From Hadesarchaea archaeon DG-33 (lineage in GTDB: Archaea; Hadarchaeota; Hadarchaeia; Hadarchaeales; Hadarchaeaceae): a DNA stretch of 36,183 nucleotides. How positions within the stretch are numbered: position 1 is the first letter of the stretch; every line of letters starts with the position of its first letter. Positions 8,164 to 16,801 of this stretch are shown here, piece by piece. The stretch spans positions 1 through 36,183 of the forward strand of contig LQHI01000062.1 of the NCBI GenBank assembly GCA_001515185.1, read 5' to 3'. Position numbers and translations under genes: made by a program. Below the pieces are notes generated by a model. It had not been told where the DNA came from. It did not search any database and worked only from the letters and a program-made list of their open reading frames with translations.

Positions 8164-10497
8164 TTATGGCCGCTGTAATGCGATGATTGCCTGCCCGACA
8201 GAGATGCCACCATCACCCGGGGGCAGAAGCTCGTGTTGGACAAATCTCAACCCAGCTTTCTCGACTTCCTCGCGCACAGCTGCGGTGATTGCTCTGTTAT
8301 AGAAAACTCCACCTGACCCTCCAACGACTTCAATCCCCTTAGAGGAAGCTGCGTCGATAGCGACTGAAGCCAACCCCTGAGCGATAGCTCGTTGAGCCGC
8401 AGCCGCGATGTGTCTGCGGGAAACTCGTGCTCGAAGGGCATCGAGTACGTCCACAAGCAACCGAGATGTGTTGACGACCATCATCCCGTCGACCTTTTCG
8501 ATCACGGGTTCTATCCTTGCTTCCTCTGTGTCTCCCTTGTTCGCGGCCGCCTCGAGTTTGATCGCTGGCTCGCCCTCGTATGTCCGTTCGTCGCAAATTC
8601 CGAGCAGGCAGGCGATGGCATCGAGCACCCTACCGCAACTGCTCGTTTGGAACACGTTCAAATCGCGCTCGAGTTGGCGAATGACGATATCTACCTCTCG
8701 CTTCCCGCGTCTGAAGCTACTCGCGCAGAACTCGTCCAGAACCCGCTCAAGCGCCTCACGCCCGAGCTGCTGCCAGAGGATGCCTGCAACCATGCGTGCT
8801 GGAAATATCGCCGCCAAGTCACCCCCCGGCATACGCTGACTCATTAGCCCGCCCACACGTTTGAACGAACTCAAATCGGCCAACATGACTTCGCCACCCC
8901 ATATCGTGCCATCTGGACCATATCCAACACCATCTGCGGCGATGCCGACGAACTCGCTTAGACCACATTCTGCCATCAGGGTTACAAGGTGAGCGTGATG
9001 ATGTTGGACAGAAAAGGTTCTCGCTCCGAGCTTCCTTGCCATCCGCGGTGCAATCCTTGTCGTTGCATAGTTGGGGTGTAAATCGTGGACAACTATGTCA
9101 ACTGAGTCCAAGTTTAACAAGCGCATAAGCCTCTCAACAGCTGATTGCATATATTTGAGGGTTTCCACTTTTGTGGTGTCGCCTATATGTTGACTGGGGA
9201 AGCACCGGTCGCCCGTCAGAACCGAGCAAGTCACATTGAGCTCCGCTCCCACTGCGAGCACTTTTTTATCACTCGTGAAAGTGAGCTTCACGGGCTCCGG
9301 CACGTAACCTCGCGAACGCCTCAAGAATGCTGGCTTCCCATCGACCTCCTTGATCACCGAATCATCACATCGGTTGACGATTAGCCGATCATGAAGTAGG
9401 AAGTAATCGACGCCCCCACGCAGCTTCCTGAAGGCTTCGGTATTATCTATTATCATCGGCAACCCAGCGACATTTGCGCTCGTCATGACGTAGGCCGGGT
9501 CCTTGCCGTAGCTCAGAATGAGGTGATGAATTCCCGAGTAAGGAAGCATCACGCCTACCGAGTCCAAGCCGGGTGCCACGAACTCTGAAAGCATGTAGTC
9601 GTTAGAGCGTTGGAGCACAACTATCGGCCGCCGAAAGGATGTCAGCGACTCAACTTCGGCTTTACCGACCTCTGCAAAAGTTCGGATTGTCCTAATATCT
9701 CTGGACATTACCGCAAATGGTTGCTGAAAGCGGTTGAATGCCCTCCGCATGCGTGTGAGTACCCCATCCTCGGTCGTTTTCGATGCTATGTGAATTCCCC
9801 CTAATCCCTTGATGGCGACCACGCTGCCCCCATCGAGCAGACGCGCTACCTCACGCAGCGGTTCGGACACATCAATGGGATTACCTTCTGCATCGTAGAG
9901 CTTCATCCGGGGGCCGCAGATAGAACAACACGTTGGTTCTGCATGGTATCGTCGGTCGGGTGGGTCTTGATACTCACGAAGGCAATCGGTGCAGAGGGGG
10001 AAAGCCTTCATTGAAGTTCGGGGGCGGTCGTAGGGAAGCTTCTCGATTATAGTGAAGCGAGGACCACAGTTGACGCAGGTGATGAAAGGATAATTATAGC
10101 GCCGGTCGCTTGGGTCGAGCATCTCGTGTAAGCAACCGTCGCAGAGCGCGAGGTCGGGTGGCACTACCGAAGGAAGCCCCAAGCCGGTCGTTTCACTCGG
10201 CACTACCCTAAAAATAGCGAATTCGTTGGTTGGATTCTTCCACGCAACTCGGATGTCATCAATTCGCGCGAGCGGCGGTTGTTCGGGACACAGCGAGTTG
10301 ACAAATTTTTCGATTGCTCTTTTATCACCCTCGACTACCACCTGCACTCCCGCGTCGCCCATGTTTCGGGCGAAGCCGGTGAGCCCGTGGTGAGCAGCAA
10401 GTCGATAGATGAACGGTCTGAATCCTACACCCTGCACTAGGCCAGTAACTGCTATTTCAGCACGGGCGCGCAAATCCCCACCCAATTTTAAACACAT
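8164..10497 (-). CDS. hypF: [NiFe]-hydrogenase maturation carbamoyltransferase HypF
   Basis: Has an acylphosphatase domain (VTGLVQGVGFRPFIYRLA), two CxxC-x18-CxxC zinc-finger pairs (CDGC...CVNCGPRF; CTDC...CSICGPR), and YrdC-like and Kae1-like domains. 777 aa. Confidence 0.95.
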   Translation of the reverse strand: MCLKLGGDLRARAEIAVTGLVQGVGFRPFIYRLAAHHGLTGFARNMGDAGVQVVVEGDKRAIEKFVNSLCPEQPPLARIDDIRVAWKNPTNEFAIFRVVPSETTGLGLPSVVPPDLALCDGCLHEMLDPSDRRYNYPFITCVNCGPRFTIIEKLPYDRPRTSMKAFPLCTDCLREYQDPPDRRYHAEPTCCSICGPRMKLYDAEGNPIDVSEPLREVARLLDGGSVVAIKGLGGIHIASKTTEDGVLTRMRRAFNRFQQPFAVMSRDIRTIRTFAEVGKAEVESLTSFRRPIVVLQRSNDYMLSEFVAPGLDSVGVMLPYSGIHHLILSYGKDPAYVMTSANVAGLPMIIDNTEAFRKLRGGVDYFLLHDRLIVNRCDDSVIKEVDGKPAFLRRSRGYVPEPVKLTFTSDKKVLAVGAELNVTCSVLTGDRCFPSQHIGDTTKVETLKYMQSAVERLMRLLNLDSVDIVVHDLHPNYATTRIAPRMARKLGARTFSVQHHHAHLVTLMAECGLSEFVGIAADGVGYGPDGTIWGGEVMLADLSSFKRVGGLMSQRMPGGDLAAIFPARMVAGILWQQLGREALERVLDEFCASSFRRGKREVDIVIRQLERDLNVFQTSSCGRVLDAIACLLGICDERTYEGEPAIKLEAAANKGDTEEARIEPVIEKVDGMMVVNTSRLLVDVLDALRARVSRRHIAAAAQRAIAQGLASVAIDAASSKGIEVVGGSGGVFYNRAITAAVREEVEKAGLRFVQHELLPPGDGGISVGQAIIALQRP

Positions 10498-10521
10498 CAG
10501 GCCTCAGTTTTAAAAACTCGC

Positions 10522-12489
10522 CTAACTGATGCCCAGCCTCTTCCACTCTTCATCTACCGTCCGCTGGATTCCCGCGATTTCCTCATCAGTGAGATGCCTA
10601 AATCTCCTCTGCATTTTCAAGTAATCTGCAACCGGCCTTCGCTTGGGTGGCTTAAAAGTGAGCTTAAACACGCCATTCTCGATCTCATAGAGATTCCACA
10701 TTCCTGTCAACACCGCAAGCTTGGCGATCTCGATCGTCTTGCTGGAATCAATCCTCCATCCTGGACCACACGGGCAATGGACGTGAATATAGGTTGGTCC
10801 TTCAATCGAGGCCGCTTTCTTTACTTTTTTGATGTAATCGAGTGGGTAGCCAACTGAAGCAGTCGCAACGTAAGGAGCACGATGGGCCGCGATTATTGCT
10901 GGCATATCTTTTTTCGGGAGATCCTCGCCTCGCTTCACCTTGCCTACGGGTGTTGTAGTTGTCCATGCGCTGTAGGGCGTTGCTCCACTTCGCTGAATCC
11001 CTGTATTGTGAACCACGATCCCGTCAGCGATAAAGTTGTGTTCACCTTCAACCCTCAAATCCAAAGTGGGTTCTTTCCCAACTAGTTTGATTTTTTCTAT
11101 TTTTTCCATCTCGAAATGTCCATTTTCTATCAAGAAGTTTTGATACTTGTACTGAGATGGATATTTCTTTACATTCCACTTCTTCCTTTTGCTGAAACAT
11201 ATGTACCCAAACGCCGTATCTTTTAGCAATCTTCTGTGCACACATTTTCTACCTTTTTTCCTTTCCTGCCAATGGATCTTCCCCACTCTGTATCCCATGG
11301 TTTGCAAAAGTAATCTCAAACGTTGAAGTAACTCATGGCTTGCAGAGACGTATCTAAAGCTGTTGCCGTTTTTATAACCATCCGAAAGCATGAGCCCTTC
11401 AATGAACGCCTCTTTTTCTTCTTTTGAGAGGGTAAAGATCCAAGGTGGTATTGTTTTATTTTTAGCTCCCGAACCAAAGCCTAAAAAGTGGATAAATCTC
11501 GCAAGATTAACCGAGTTCATATAAATGTACATATCATTGGTTCTCACTCCGTTACCAAAAAGAACATGTTGAAGTTTAACCAAACTTCTCCTTTCATTCG
11601 ATCCTTTAGGCAAGGCAAAGCCGACCTCGCCTCTCCCGGGCCTTACCCATCCATCTCCGACCCATATGCCAAGATATTTCATGAAAGCTGGAGATGAATG
11701 CTTTGGTAAATTAACTTCGTTTAGATGTGTTACTTTGCCTCCCTTTTGTATGGGATTGAATCTAAATTTGAAAGATTTTCCACCATTTAGATTTTTCAGT
11801 ACTACTATCCTATCTCTGACCTTGAGTTCACATAGAGTTTTCCAAACGAGTTTGTTTTTCCTCCCTCTACCGTTCCTTTTCAACACAAGGAAAGGATGGT
11901 TAGGCGTGGCACTTATGGTATGATGCAAGGTTTCAATTTCAAATACTTCCCGTGCTCCGTTGTCGAATATGCCTATGCATCTTTTCAAAACTGGTTGATG
12001 GGTTTTCAAGTCGAATGTATATATCTCGTCACCTTCTTTTACTTCTGTTATTTTCTTGAGACCATCTTTTGTCATTATGAGTGAAGAGGTGCTCAAACAA
12101 TTCATGTAAGCCTCGTTGTCAGTACAAATGTATAGCACATTGTGGTTGCGCTCGACCATCCCAGAAAGAGCTTGAAGCCCGATGTCTACCGTGCCTCCAT
12201 CGCCGCCTATCGCCACGACCTTGATACCACGTTTACCCAAGCTTTTCAAACCAGCTTCAACTCCAGAAGCGACTGCAGCGGCGTTCTCAAAAGCAACATG
12301 TATCCAAGGCACTCGCCAAGCGGTTTCTGGATATGGTGTGGTCACAACCTCCATGCAACCAGTTGGGGCGCAAACGATAGTGTTTTTACCAAGAGCTTTT
12401 AGTGCGTACCTCACCGCAAGGATGCTGCCACATCCTGGGCATGCGCGGTGTCCAGGCGCAAGCAATTCTTCTTCTGAAAATTGTTTCAT
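10522..12489 (-). CDS. porB: 2-oxoacid (pyruvate-type):ferredoxin oxidoreductase beta (TPP-binding) subunit, interrupted by an in-frame intein
   Basis: The exteins (130 + 160 aa) read GHRACPGCG...GGDGGTVDIGLQAL...YICTDNEAYMN | TGIQRSGATPY..., a contiguous PorB TPP motif once residues 131-495 are removed. The start overlaps the porA stop by ATGA. Confidence 0.9.
   Translation of the reverse strand: MKQFSEEELLAPGHRACPGCGSILAVRYALKALGKNTIVCAPTGCMEVVTTPYPETAWRVPWIHVAFENAAAVASGVEAGLKSLGKRGIKVVAIGGDGGTVDIGLQALSGMVERNHNVLYICTDNEAYMNCLSTSSLIMTKDGLKKITEVKEGDEIYTFDLKTHQPVLKRCIGIFDNGAREVFEIETLHHTISATPNHPFLVLKRNGRGRKNKLVWKTLCELKVRDRIVVLKNLNGGKSFKFRFNPIQKGGKVTHLNEVNLPKHSSPAFMKYLGIWVGDGWVRPGRGEVGFALPKGSNERRSLVKLQHVLFGNGVRTNDMYIYMNSVNLARFIHFLGFGSGAKNKTIPPWIFTLSKEEKEAFIEGLMLSDGYKNGNSFRYVSASHELLQRLRLLLQTMGYRVGKIHWQERKKGRKCVHRRLLKDTAFGYICFSKRKKWNVKKYPSQYKYQNFLIENGHFEMEKIEKIKLVGKEPTLDLRVEGEHNFIADGIVVHNTGIQRSGATPYSAWTTTTPVGKVKRGEDLPKKDMPAIIAAHRAPYVATASVGYPLDYIKKVKKAASIEGPTYIHVHCPCGPGWRIDSSKTIEIAKLAVLTGMWNLYEIENGVFKLTFKPPKRRPVADYLKMQRRFRHLTDEEIAGIQRTVDEEWKRLGIS
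11005..12099 (-). mobile_element. Class-1 intein (365 aa) with a LAGLIDADG homing-endonuclease domain, inserted in porB
   Basis: Block A is CLSTSSLIMTKDG (Cys1 codon at 12097-12099). Block B is ATPNHPF (TxxH). The LAGLIDADG motifs are YLGIWVGDGWV and FIEGLMLSDGY. Blocks F/G are LDLRVEGEHNFIADGIVVHN, followed by the +1 Thr (codon 11002-11004). Spot GC counts are about 30-33% inside and about 50-53% in the exteins. Confidence 0.88.
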
Positions 12490-13670
12490 GGTTTTAACCC
12501 CACCATAGTTTCTCTCAATCCTAGCCAGCGGACAGTTTTTTTGACTTCACCGATTTTTGCTGCTTCCATCGCTGCTTTGGTCGCTTCCCTAATTTGAAGT
12601 GATGAAACATCACGTCCCCCAAGACCACAGATGAAATTCAACAGAAGCGGAGACTTTCTAGAATTTACAAACGTCCCAGAAAGGTCCGAAAAAAGTGCTC
12701 CAGTGGAACCGGGCGAGAAATCTTTTTCGAGCACAGCTATGGCCTTGGCATGGGCAAGCGAGTCCACCAACTCTTTCTCTGGAAAAGGCCTGAATGCTCG
12801 CACCTTCACGAGTCCAACTCGCTCATCGTGGCCGCGGTACTCATCAATCACCTCTTTAACGCTGCCGCTCAACGAACCCATTGTGAGCAAAATTACGTCG
12901 GCATCATCACTTCGATAACACTCTATGAGGTCACTTTTCCTTCCGAATTGTCTACCGAATGCTTGTCCAACTTCAATTATTTTTTCCTTCGATTTGAGTA
13001 CAGCTTCTTGCAACATATATCTGAATTCCTCATAGTACTCTGGTACCCCAACTGCACCCATCGTGATTGGCTTCTCTGGATCGAGGAGATAAGGATACTT
13101 GTAGGGGGGCAGGAATTTATCGACTTCAGCCTGCTCAGGAATCTCCACTGGCTCGGCCGTGTGTGAGAGGATATATCCATCGAAACAGACCATCACTGGA
13201 AGCAAGGACTCTTCAGCGATGCGAAATGCCTGAATCGTCGAGTCGAGAACCTCTTGATTATTCTCGCAATAAAGCTGTATCCAACCGCAATCGCGCACAG
13301 CTACTGAGTCTTGTTGGTCGCACCAAATGCTGAGAGGTGCAGAGAGCGAGCGATTTGCGTTCGCCATGACAATAGGTAGCCGCATACCGGAAGCGACGAA
13401 CAATATCTCGCTCATGAGCATTAGTCCCTGAGAGGAAGTCGCAGTGAATGTCCTCGCCCCTACAGCCGCAGAACCTAAGCAAGCACTTAGTGCACTGTGT
13501 TCTGATTCCACTTTGATGTATTCTGCGTCCAGCTCACCATCAGCCACGAATTCGGCAAGTCTCTCTACGATAATCGTCTGCGGGGTTATTGGGTAAGCTG
13601 AGATGACCTTGACGCGCGCAAGCTTTGCAGCGATGGCAGCGGCTTCGTCGCCAGTGACAAGTTGCTTCAT
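12486..13670 (-). CDS. porA: 2-oxoacid (pyruvate-type):ferredoxin oxidoreductase alpha subunit
   Basis: The 394-aa sequence GDEAAAIAAKLARVKVISAYPITPQT...ESEHSALSACLGSAAVGARTFTATSSQGL is typical of PorA/VorA. It has 4-nt overlaps with the genes on both sides. Confidence 0.9.
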   Translation of the reverse strand: MKQLVTGDEAAAIAAKLARVKVISAYPITPQTIIVERLAEFVADGELDAEYIKVESEHSALSACLGSAAVGARTFTATSSQGLMLMSEILFVASGMRLPIVMANANRSLSAPLSIWCDQQDSVAVRDCGWIQLYCENNQEVLDSTIQAFRIAEESLLPVMVCFDGYILSHTAEPVEIPEQAEVDKFLPPYKYPYLLDPEKPITMGAVGVPEYYEEFRYMLQEAVLKSKEKIIEVGQAFGRQFGRKSDLIECYRSDDADVILLTMGSLSGSVKEVIDEYRGHDERVGLVKVRAFRPFPEKELVDSLAHAKAIAVLEKDFSPGSTGALFSDLSGTFVNSRKSPLLLNFICGLGGRDVSSLQIREATKAAMEAAKIGEVKKTVRWLGLRETMVGLKP

Positions 13671-13927
13671 TTTTGTCCCTCCTCAACCATCACTATCGCT
13701 TTGACTGGGCACTCATTGGCACAGATACCACAGCCCTTACAATATCGGTAGTCAATAACGACAGGCTTGCCCTTGGTGATTGCTGGTTCAGGACAATAAA
13801 GCCAGCACAGCCCACATCCATTGCATTTTTCAGCATCGACCACTGGTTTGAGACTCCGCCAACTGCCAGTTTCATTTTGCTCACTATTCCCCGGTTTAAG
13901 GATAATCGTGCTAGGGGGCAATTTCAT
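13667..13927 (-). CDS. porD: 2-oxoacid:ferredoxin oxidoreductase delta subunit (2x[4Fe-4S] ferredoxin)
   Basis: Has two CxxCxxCxxxCP motifs ([26 protein letters not shown]) in 86 aa. Confidence 0.9.
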   Translation of the reverse strand: MKLPPSTIILKPGNSEQNETGSWRSLKPVVDAEKCNGCGLCWLYCPEPAITKGKPVVIDYRYCKGCGICANECPVKAIVMVEEGQK

Positions 13928-14466
13928 GTTATCACCTTTGTTTGTTCATACGCTGCTTTTATCGCGGCAATGTTTTTGTCCGCAAGTTTGCCGGAAAAGC
14001 GCCCTTTGGTCACATTTATGAGCGAGTCCAAGGACACGAGCTTAGTCGCCTTCGCAAAAGCTCCCAGCATAGCCGTGTTTGTTATCGGCACTCCTAGCAT
14101 CTCCTTCGCTATTGAAGTGGCATCGACAAAAGCGGTTTTAGCATGGGAAAATTGCGCATTTTTTTTAGAGTTGAGCACTATTAGTCCATCATGCTTTATG
14201 CCAGAAGCGACGCTCACAACTTCTAGCAGTGAAGGGTCTAGTACCACCACATAGTCAGGTTCGTAAATTTGCGTGCGGATACGAATTGGCCTGCTATCGA
14301 TTCGCGTGAACGCGAGCACAGGCGCCCCCCTCCTCTCGGCGCCGAAAAATGGGAGAGCTTGGCTATATTTACCTTCCGCAAAAGCCGCCTCGGCAAGCAA
14401 CCTAGCCGCGGTCACTGCTCCTTGCCCACCGCGACCATGAAATCTTATCTCTATCATGCCATTCAT
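13924..14466 (-). CDS. porG: 2-oxoacid:ferredoxin oxidoreductase gamma subunit
   Basis: [22 protein letters not shown]...FGAERRGAP is the PorG signature. It is the first gene of the gamma-delta-alpha-beta order. Confidence 0.9.
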
Positions 14467-14674
14467 GGAAATTTCACTCCGACTCTATAAGGATTTTTTT
14501 ACTATAATTTAACACTTTCGCGTAAGGGTCTGTAGGAGCTAGGGAACGCCTGAGTAAATTTCATTCATCGAGCGGTCTGCAAGCCCGAAATGGCAAGGTC
14601 GAGAGAAAGATGGAACAGCCGGCGCGAACTTTTAATCACCCAAAATGGTTATAGCTTGCAATTCTGAATAATGC

Positions 14675-14905
14675 ATGGTTGAGAAAATGGGTAAGAAATG
14701 GGGCCACTATCGTGCGGGAGGACGAAGTCAGCCAGTCTCTTGTGTCTATTGCGGGCGAATGGTGCCTAGAATAAAAGCCGTATCAGTGAGGAAGGGTTTC
14801 AGGGTTGACCCCAGAATTCCCGGTATCGATCGGAGGCGCGTTTTTACTCCCAGCTTCAAAGGTTACGCTTGCATTTCCTGCGCCAAGCACCGCGGCCTAG
14901 TTTAA
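14675..14905 (+). CDS. rps26e: 30S ribosomal protein S26e (eS26)
   Basis: GGRSQPVSCVYCGRMVPRIKAV aligns with eS26 [23 protein letters not shown]. The C-terminal [13 protein letters not shown] aligns with HYCVSCAIHSKVV. The start may be the second ATG at 14687 (MGKKWG). Confidence 0.72.
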   Translation: MVEKMGKKWGHYRAGGRSQPVSCVYCGRMVPRIKAVSVRKGFRVDPRIPGIDRRRVFTPSFKGYACISCAKHRGLV

Positions 14906-15635
14906 TTGCTTTAACTATTTCACGAATTTTTGCTACCCTATCTTTTGCGTGCTCAACGATGGTCCCGGTTACAATAATATCTGCACCGGCTTTCACGCGC
15001 TCGCCAGCCGCTTTTGGTGTTTTTATCCCGCCCCCCACGATGAGCGTCGCCTGCGTTGCCTTCCGCACCGCTCGCACCATGTTTGTCGGCACTGGTATAG
15101 GTGCCCCTGAACCAGCCTCGAGGTAGACGAACCTCATTCCCAGATATTGCGCCGTGAGCGCGTATGCCGCGGCCAGCTCAGGTTTGGCGCGAGGGAGTAG
15201 GTCTGCCTTCCCGACCCGCCCGACCGCCTGACCAGGTTCGACCAATAAATATGCCATAGGCAAGGTTTCCAACTTGAATTGCTTGACGAGCGGCGCCCCG
15301 CGCTTTTGTGCACCAGTAATAAAATAGGGGTCACGGGAGTTGAGCATGCTCATGAAAAAGATTGCATCCGCATGCCGGCTTACTCCTGCTTCGCTTGCAG
15401 GAAAAAGGATAACAGGAAGTTTTATGGCTTTTTTTATCTCCACCACAGTTCGGTCGAGGAGACTGCCACCTGCGAGAGTAGAGCCACCAACCATGATGCC
15501 GTCACTTCCCGCAAATGCAGCATCGGAAGCTATTTGCGCAGCGACTCTCGGTACCTGTTTTGCTGGGTCTATAAGCGTTAAGTGAGCCGCGCCATCTCGA
15601 GCTATGGCCCGTTTCAACCGCTCCTCTACCTTCAT
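14856..15635 (-). CDS. Geranylgeranylglyceryl phosphate synthase (GGGPS/PcrB family)
   Basis: Motifs [47 protein letters not shown] and [13 protein letters not shown] chose the start at ATG 15635 (MKVEERL), which overlaps the rpl40e stop as ATGA. The track's longer 15731 start would run through rpl40e. Confidence 0.85.
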   Translation of the reverse strand: MKVEERLKRAIARDGAAHLTLIDPAKQVPRVAAQIASDAAFAGSDGIMVGGSTLAGGSLLDRTVVEIKKAIKLPVILFPASEAGVSRHADAIFFMSMLNSRDPYFITGAQKRGAPLVKQFKLETLPMAYLLVEPGQAVGRVGKADLLPRAKPELAAAYALTAQYLGMRFVYLEAGSGAPIPVPTNMVRAVRKATQATLIVGGGIKTPKAAGERVKAGADIIVTGTIVEHAKDRVAKIREIVKAIKLGRGAWRRKCKRNL

Positions 15636-15778
15636 CCTCGTGGCTCCCTCGATTTCGACCTCAGCCCGCCGTAGCCGCACTTCCTGCACTTGGTTGCCTT
15701 CCAAGGGTTGTGGGCGTTGCACCGCATACATATCTTCACGTTAAATAGGCGCCGCTCAGCAGCTTCAAACTTCACCAT
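15632..15778 (-). CDS. rpl40e: 50S ribosomal protein L40e
   Basis: [48 protein letters not shown] is the archaeal eL40 zinc-ribbon pattern. The start is at the internal ATG 15778, with GGAGG upstream, right after the nnrD stop at 15783. Confidence 0.85.
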   Translation of the reverse strand: MVKFEAAERRLFNVKICMRCNAHNPWKATKCRKCGYGGLRSKSREPRG

Positions 15779-15782
15779 AATA

Positions 15783-16670
15783 TCATCTCCCTCCTTCAAC
15801 CTTCCTGAAAACCTCGGGCAACTTGTCAAGCAAGTCCGATGCCACGAATTCATTACCCTTCTCCCGGAGGCAGAGGTCTCCTGCTTGTCCGCATGCCCAA
15901 GCTCCAGCGACCGTAGCCTTGAAAGGCTCTACTCCTTGCGCCAAGAAGGTGCCCACAATTCCCGCAAGTACGTCACCTGTACCTCCCACTGTCATTCCGG
16001 GGTTGCCCGTGTAATTGAGTTTCACTTCCCCAGCGGGCGAGGCGATGATATCAACCCACGCTTTCAACAGCACGGTGCAGCCTAACTCCTTTGCGGCGGC
16101 CTTGACCTGCTGGGCCCGCCCGTTGATATCAGCTGGAAGATCCACGCCCGTTAGTAATTCGAACTCACGTGCATGTGGCGTCAGGACCCAATGCATCCCT
16201 TGAGGTAAACTCCGCTCTGATGCCAGCGCCTTCAGCCCATCCGCGTCGAACAGCGCAGGCAGGTTCGGGTGCGCCTCCTTGAGCGCTCGCGAGAGTTCAA
16301 TTACGGCGTCACGCGTCTTCGCAAGCGTGCCCAACCCTGGCCCCACAACTACGGCCGTTGAGAGTTTGAATTCATTCCGCAATTCAGAAAGTGCGGTGGG
16401 CTCTAGGTCGCGGCAGGGGAGTTTGATGGTGATGAGGTCTGGCGAGAACGAATTTATCGTCCAAGCTGCTTTTTCAGGCGCAGCGATGATCGCGAGGTCA
16501 ACACCGGAACGTAACGCGGCTAGGCCAACGAGCGCTGGAGCTCCAACGTAACGCGAACCCCCTCCGACGACGAGCAACCGCCCATAGTCACCTTTGTGTG
16601 CTCCCCGCCTTCGTTTCGGTAAAACTGCCGACACATCCTTTTTTCCAACACGCATTTTAGGATTTACCAC
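15783..16670 (-). CDS. nnrD: ADP-dependent NAD(P)H-hydrate dehydratase (YjeF C-terminal/carbohydrate-kinase family)
   Basis: [35 protein letters not shown] ... [12 protein letters not shown] are the family signatures. Confidence 0.85.
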   Translation of the reverse strand: MVNPKMRVGKKDVSAVLPKRRRGAHKGDYGRLLVVGGGSRYVGAPALVGLAALRSGVDLAIIAAPEKAAWTINSFSPDLITIKLPCRDLEPTALSELRNEFKLSTAVVVGPGLGTLAKTRDAVIELSRALKEAHPNLPALFDADGLKALASERSLPQGMHWVLTPHAREFELLTGVDLPADINGRAQQVKAAAKELGCTVLLKAWVDIIASPAGEVKLNYTGNPGMTVGGTGDVLAGIVGTFLAQGVEPFKATVAGAWACGQAGDLCLREKGNEFVASDLLDKLPEVFRKVEGGR

Positions 16671-16702
16671 AGGTGCACCTCTGAAGGAAGAAGCGCTGCT
16701 GG

Positions 16703-16712
16703 ATATAAAAAC
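16703..16712 (-). promoter_or_regulatory. TATA-like box (TTTTTATATC on the minus strand) for the nnrD-rpl40e-GGGPS transcription unit
   Basis: Centred about 35 nt upstream of the ATG at 16670, in a divergent intergenic region. Confidence 0.35.
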
Positions 16713-16744
16713 TTAGTTAGCTTGCCATGTTGAGCTGCCGCAAT

Positions 16745-16758
16745 TATTTAAATATATA
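16745..16758 (+). promoter_or_regulatory. TATA-like box (TATTTAAATATATA) for the lysA-lysC-dapA-dapB unit
   Basis: Strong A/T box about 45-50 nt upstream of the ATG at 16802, in the same divergent spacer. Confidence 0.4.
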
Positions 16759-16801
16759 CCATTTGAGTAAACCTATGAAGTGAGAGTTTGCCAAAACAAA
16801 C

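Noticed and set aside
8392-8847. 151- and 143-aa plus-strand ORFs inside hypF.
   Set aside because: Antisense shadows of a full-length HypF with all domains intact.
13673-14254. 193-aa plus-strand ORF across porD and porG.
   Set aside because: Antisense to two genes with clear family signatures and coupled overlaps. No family features of its own.
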